Shown here: in pieces, positions 60,982 to 64,000 of the stretch | Position numbering within the stretch: position 1 is the stretch's first letter | Layout of the letters: each line of letters opens with the position of its first letter | DNA from: Oikopleura dioica | Taxonomy: Eukaryota > Animalia > Chordata | Direction: 5' to 3' | DNA length: 64,000 nt | NCBI GenBank assembly: GCA_907165135.1 | Contig: OU015567.1 | Location: forward strand, 3,658,001 to 3,722,000 | Program-made: the position numbers and the translations under genes | The notes under the pieces: model-generated | Seen by the model: only the letters and a program-made list of their open reading frames with translations | Database searches by the model: none | What the model was told of the DNA's origin: nothing

Positions 60982-62847
60982 TTGTTTAAGGGCCACTCGC
61001 GGATACTTTTGGTGGACTCAGTTGTAATTCAACCTCTTTTAGGCACATATATCGGTGCGCAGAGGCTGATGGCAATGAAACTTCGAATTCCACCTATATT
61101 CGTGGATGAAATCGCTCTCTATTCTCCATCATCGCGAACCATTTCCCTGTGGCCGGTTTTCGTCCTTCGCAGTCCTATCTTCACGGAATTACTCCAAGGA
61201 AAGAATATAATCCCGTCCGGCATGATCGACTCTCCAGAAAGGTCTACTGCATCGATCAGGAGCTTCGCTTCAACAGACCAAAGAGAGCTTCATCTTTACG
61301 CGGGCGCCTTCCCGAACTTCTTCTCCTCGGAGTTCGACGTAGCCGAATGGATTGCAGGCAAACCTTTGCTAGCAGACGTGATCGATGAGGCACCGCTTGA
61401 ACTCGTCGACGAGTGGTACAATATCTGGCGCTCGGGTAAGCTGCTCAAGCTGAAAAATGCCAACAACGGTCGTCCGCTGGGCGATGCTGATGCGACAGCT
61501 CTAATTGCAAGCATGCTTGCGAACCAGAAGGAAGGTCCGGTACCTACCTTCGACCGCCGGCTTGCGAAGATCGCTGGAAGACTTGTCACTGCGACTTATG
61601 ATGCCGACTTTGGTTGCCAACTCATTGACTTTGCCCTCCAATCGAATGATTTCCGCTTTGTCGACAGTCTCGACGCGTTGTGGAGATCAAACGGCATTAG
61701 CTGGAAGACAACTGAAGCTGTACTGAGCCGACCACTCGGCTGGCTCTGCCTCGACTCAATCAACAAAGCCAACCTAATTGAACAGGCAACCTCCCTGGTA
61801 ACGCCGCTGTCTAGTCAAGCCATCGAAGCCCTAATGCGCATTACCTGTCAGCCGACAGTGTACGAGATGATCAAAGCGCGAGACCTCATGGCGTCGTCGC
61901 TCTGGGAGGAAGGCTTATCCGAAATGCATCAATTTCTCGCCAATCCGCAAAACTTCACCGAGGAGTCGCGAATTGAGCGTTTAGCGGCCTTCACAAATTT
62001 CAACGAAGATACCCTCAAAGTAGTCTCAGATGTCTTTGAAGCTAACATCGGGATGTCAGCTGTGGACTTCTTCGATGAAGCCATAGTCTGGGCTACCAGA
62101 AATTTCTGTCAGTGTGGAAAGGTGATCAACTCGCACGAAGCAACTAATGGAGACGACTTGGCTGAAGCAGCCTTCATGGCCAAAATGTGGGCGATGGAGG
62201 TTTTCCAGATCTCGTATGACATCGAAAAGAAGGACAAAGAATTCGACCACAGAGTCTTCCACAGAATCGCCGCTAGACGTGAGTTTAAAAATGCCCACCT
62301 CAGCTGCTTCTCTTACTACATCACTCGTGGCCTGGGACTAGTTGGTTGCTTCGGTTCGATTATGAAGTGGTCGACCGAAATTATAGTTAAACATATGTTT
62401 ATTACCTACTTTACTAAAGCCCAGGCAATTCTCTCTGAAAAACCTTTCGGCAACTTCTCCAAATGGGCAGCAATTGCCACACTCCGTTTCTCAACACCGT
62501 TCTACGGTTCACCATCTTCAACCGGATTAATTTCGCACACGGTTGAGGAATTGGCTGAATTGGGAGAGGGCGAGTTACTTGAATGGCTCACCAGTAATAT
62601 CCAAGGCTTGACCGTTCTGGTTACTAATCGGTCCTCGAACGGTCCAACAGTGCTCAATAACTGCGCTTTCCCAACTAGCCCCACTTTCTCGTCTTTAGTT
62701 ATCTACAATAATGCCAAAAATCTGATTACGAGGTGGATCTTTATATACAAGCTCCAAAGTCCTCCGAGCCTAATGGCCTGGGGAAAGGTCGATTCCCGCG
62801 TTCAGACATGTGAGCTTTTCTCATATCGCCATGAACACCCACGGTAA
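60982..62847 (+). CDS. Orphan ORF3 downstream of RT (first ATG 61069, 592 aa)
   Basis: Intact intronless ORF on the same strand and with similar composition. The frame opens 20 nt after the RT stop. No recognised motif. Confidence 0.8.
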   Translation: MFKGHSRILLVDSVVIQPLLGTYIGAQRLMAMKLRIPPIFVDEIALYSPSSRTISLWPVFVLRSPIFTELLQGKNIIPSGMIDSPERSTASIRSFASTDQRELHLYAGAFPNFFSSEFDVAEWIAGKPLLADVIDEAPLELVDEWYNIWRSGKLLKLKNANNGRPLGDADATALIASMLANQKEGPVPTFDRRLAKIAGRLVTATYDADFGCQLIDFALQSNDFRFVDSLDALWRSNGISWKTTEAVLSRPLGWLCLDSINKANLIEQATSLVTPLSSQAIEALMRITCQPTVYEMIKARDLMASSLWEEGLSEMHQFLANPQNFTEESRIERLAAFTNFNEDTLKVVSDVFEANIGMSAVDFFDEAIVWATRNFCQCGKVINSHEATNGDDLAEAAFMAKMWAMEVFQISYDIEKKDKEFDHRVFHRIAARREFKNAHLSCFSYYITRGLGLVGCFGSIMKWSTEIIVKHMFITYFTKAQAILSEKPFGNFSKWAAIATLRFSTPFYGSPSSTGLISHTVEELAELGEGELLEWLTSNIQGLTVLVTNRSSNGPTVLNNCAFPTSPTFSSLVIYNNAKNLITRWIFIYKLQSPPSLMAWGKVDSRVQTCELFSYRHEHPR

Positions 62848-63046
62848 AATTACCGCCGGTGTTAACACAACCGTTTCAGAGTTCTTCCCGGTACCTTCGG
62901 AGGTCGCTGACCTACTCCGGCACCTTCGTGCAGTCAGTGCTCCGGGGTTTTCCCACTGTTTGAAGAAGAGAGCAATCGAGCGGATTCAATCCCACAGTTG
63001 GAACTCTTGTCTCCGTGAGTTTTGCCGGCTCTTCAGGCTCTGGTAA
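62831..63046 (+). CDS. Small ORF4 (71 aa) overlapping the ORF3 stop
   Basis: The ATG at 62831 sits in a 17-nt overlap that nearly copies the ORF1/ORF2 overlap. MNTHGKITAG...CLREFCRLFRLW*. Confidence 0.45.
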   Translation: MNTHGKITAGVNTTVSEFFPVPSEVADLLRHLRAVSAPGFSHCLKKRAIERIQSHSWNSCLREFCRLFRLW

Positions 63047-63781
63047 TGGCGAAGATATCTTCAATCGTTTTATTTAATCCCAATACTCTACGTCATTAAA
63101 GAATTTTACCATCCTCCCTGAAAACCATCAAATCGCTCTCATCTCCTTTTCCTCTTTTCGGTCAGGGTGACGGAGTACATTGTAATTACCGTAGCCCTTT
63201 ATAAACCCTCGCTCTTGCAGCTGGACCAGGAAATGTAGTCTAAGTTATGCTTTTGTCAACCGTATTTTATCTTAAAAATTGTTTTTTTACACGCCCTTTT
63301 GCGTCCTTCCCAGTTTATTTCATCGTCCGGCCTTAAACCAGCTCCCTGTGTTTTATTTTAGCTTCCAGATTCCATAACTAACTTATTCTTTTTCTAATTT
63401 ATTACCAACTATAAATAGCAATCACCCTAAATCAGGGTTAGGCCCCTTTTGCGATCTCTCCGCTAACCTTAAATTAAAACCAAATACTTCTGCTTCGCCC
63501 CTTTTTGCTGCTCGTTCTATAATTTACTCTTATGCCGCGCTAACTCACTCAAATGCATAAATAAAATTTCTTTGCTCAATTTAAGTAATACTTCAACAAA
63601 ACCGGCAGTCAAGATTTCTGACTGTTGGGACGGGGTTTGCTTTTATTTGCATTTATTGAGTTATACTGGAGATCTTGCAGGTTTGCAAGTAATCGCAGGC
63701 ACAGCTTTTCTTTAGAACAGGAGATTAAACAGCAACTGAACTTCCATAGGAATATAATGGTAGGTCAGTGTCATACCTCAA

Positions 63782-64000
63782 TCAAGTGGTTTTCAAGATG
63801 CTGGTTTCGAGTAGCATAAAGCGATCTGGCAACGCGAGGGGCACATCAGATGACAGGGACACTGTGTAGGTGCGCCCCTGGCCAGAATAGTAGAAAGTGT
63901 TGTCAGTCATGTCGGGTGCCGTTCGTGGTTTCCGGGAGCTGACGATTCCGCCCTTTCGGTAGAATCCGACGACGGTAAGAGCAAATATGCTCATCATGCG
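63782..64000 (-). CDS. 3' end of a convergent ORF entering from beyond the window
   Basis: The frame is open to the window edge (...FALTVVGFYRKGGIVSS...LETSILKTT*). GC-richer, no intron seen. Confidence 0.35.
   Translation of the reverse strand, partial: RMMSIFALTVVGFYRKGGIVSSRKPRTAPDMTDNTFYYSGQGRTYTVSLSSDVPLALPDRFMLLETSILKTT

Larger units (their letters stand above)
51540..63600 (+). mobile_element. Large multi-ORF non-LTR (APE-RT) retrotransposon, possibly Odin-related; boundaries approximate
   Basis: Intronless, GC-richer block with tightly packed + strand ORFs that include APE and LINE-type RT motifs. No LTRs seen. The 5' edge coincides with truncation of a host gene. Confidence 0.85.

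Noticed and set aside
62320-62365. R-GLGLVGCFGSI in ORF3 as a fusion peptide (env-like gene)
   Set aside because: ORF3 has no signal peptide and no C-terminal transmembrane anchor. The resemblance is too short to support the call.
51540-64000. LTRs or terminal repeats around the retroelement
   Set aside because: The leader and trailer share composition, but no alignable direct or inverted repeat was seen by eye.

Overview
This is eukaryotic genomic DNA: AT-rich and gene-dense, with many 30-50 nt introns and at least two probable GA-AG introns. That profile is most consistent with a larvacean tunicate such as Oikopleura (inference). No CRISPR array, rRNA or tRNA gene could be supported. Bases 1-51.5 kb hold intron-containing host genes: a kinase-like gene running off the left edge, a CYP N-terminal fragment, a small HSP, a MAM plus di-Cys-repeat protein, a calmodulin-like protein, a B4GALNT-like glycosyltransferase, an ankyrin-like/kinase/papain-like fusion, a class A GPCR, a CUB protein, a GAL3ST-like sulfotransferase, a Gly/Pro/Phe repeat protein and two tandem Cys-rich/Kelch-like paralogues. 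These are interspersed with non-autonomous DNA transposons (Tc1-like, hAT-like, Kolobok-like, foldback), several of them nested. From about 51.5 kb to 63.6 kb lies an intronless, GC-richer APE-RT (LINE-type) retroelement of about 12 kb with unusual features. It has a very large 5' coding region, a ~290-aa extension before the endonuclease, a -1 frame break between APE and RT, and an acidic insertion in the RT palm. It also has an intact ~600-aa orphan ORF plus a small ORF downstream of RT. Two ORF junctions share a near-identical 17-nt start/stop overlap. This element and the kinase-protease fusion are the best candidates for something undescribed. Exon models were built by eye, so coordinates of multi-exon genes are approximate.
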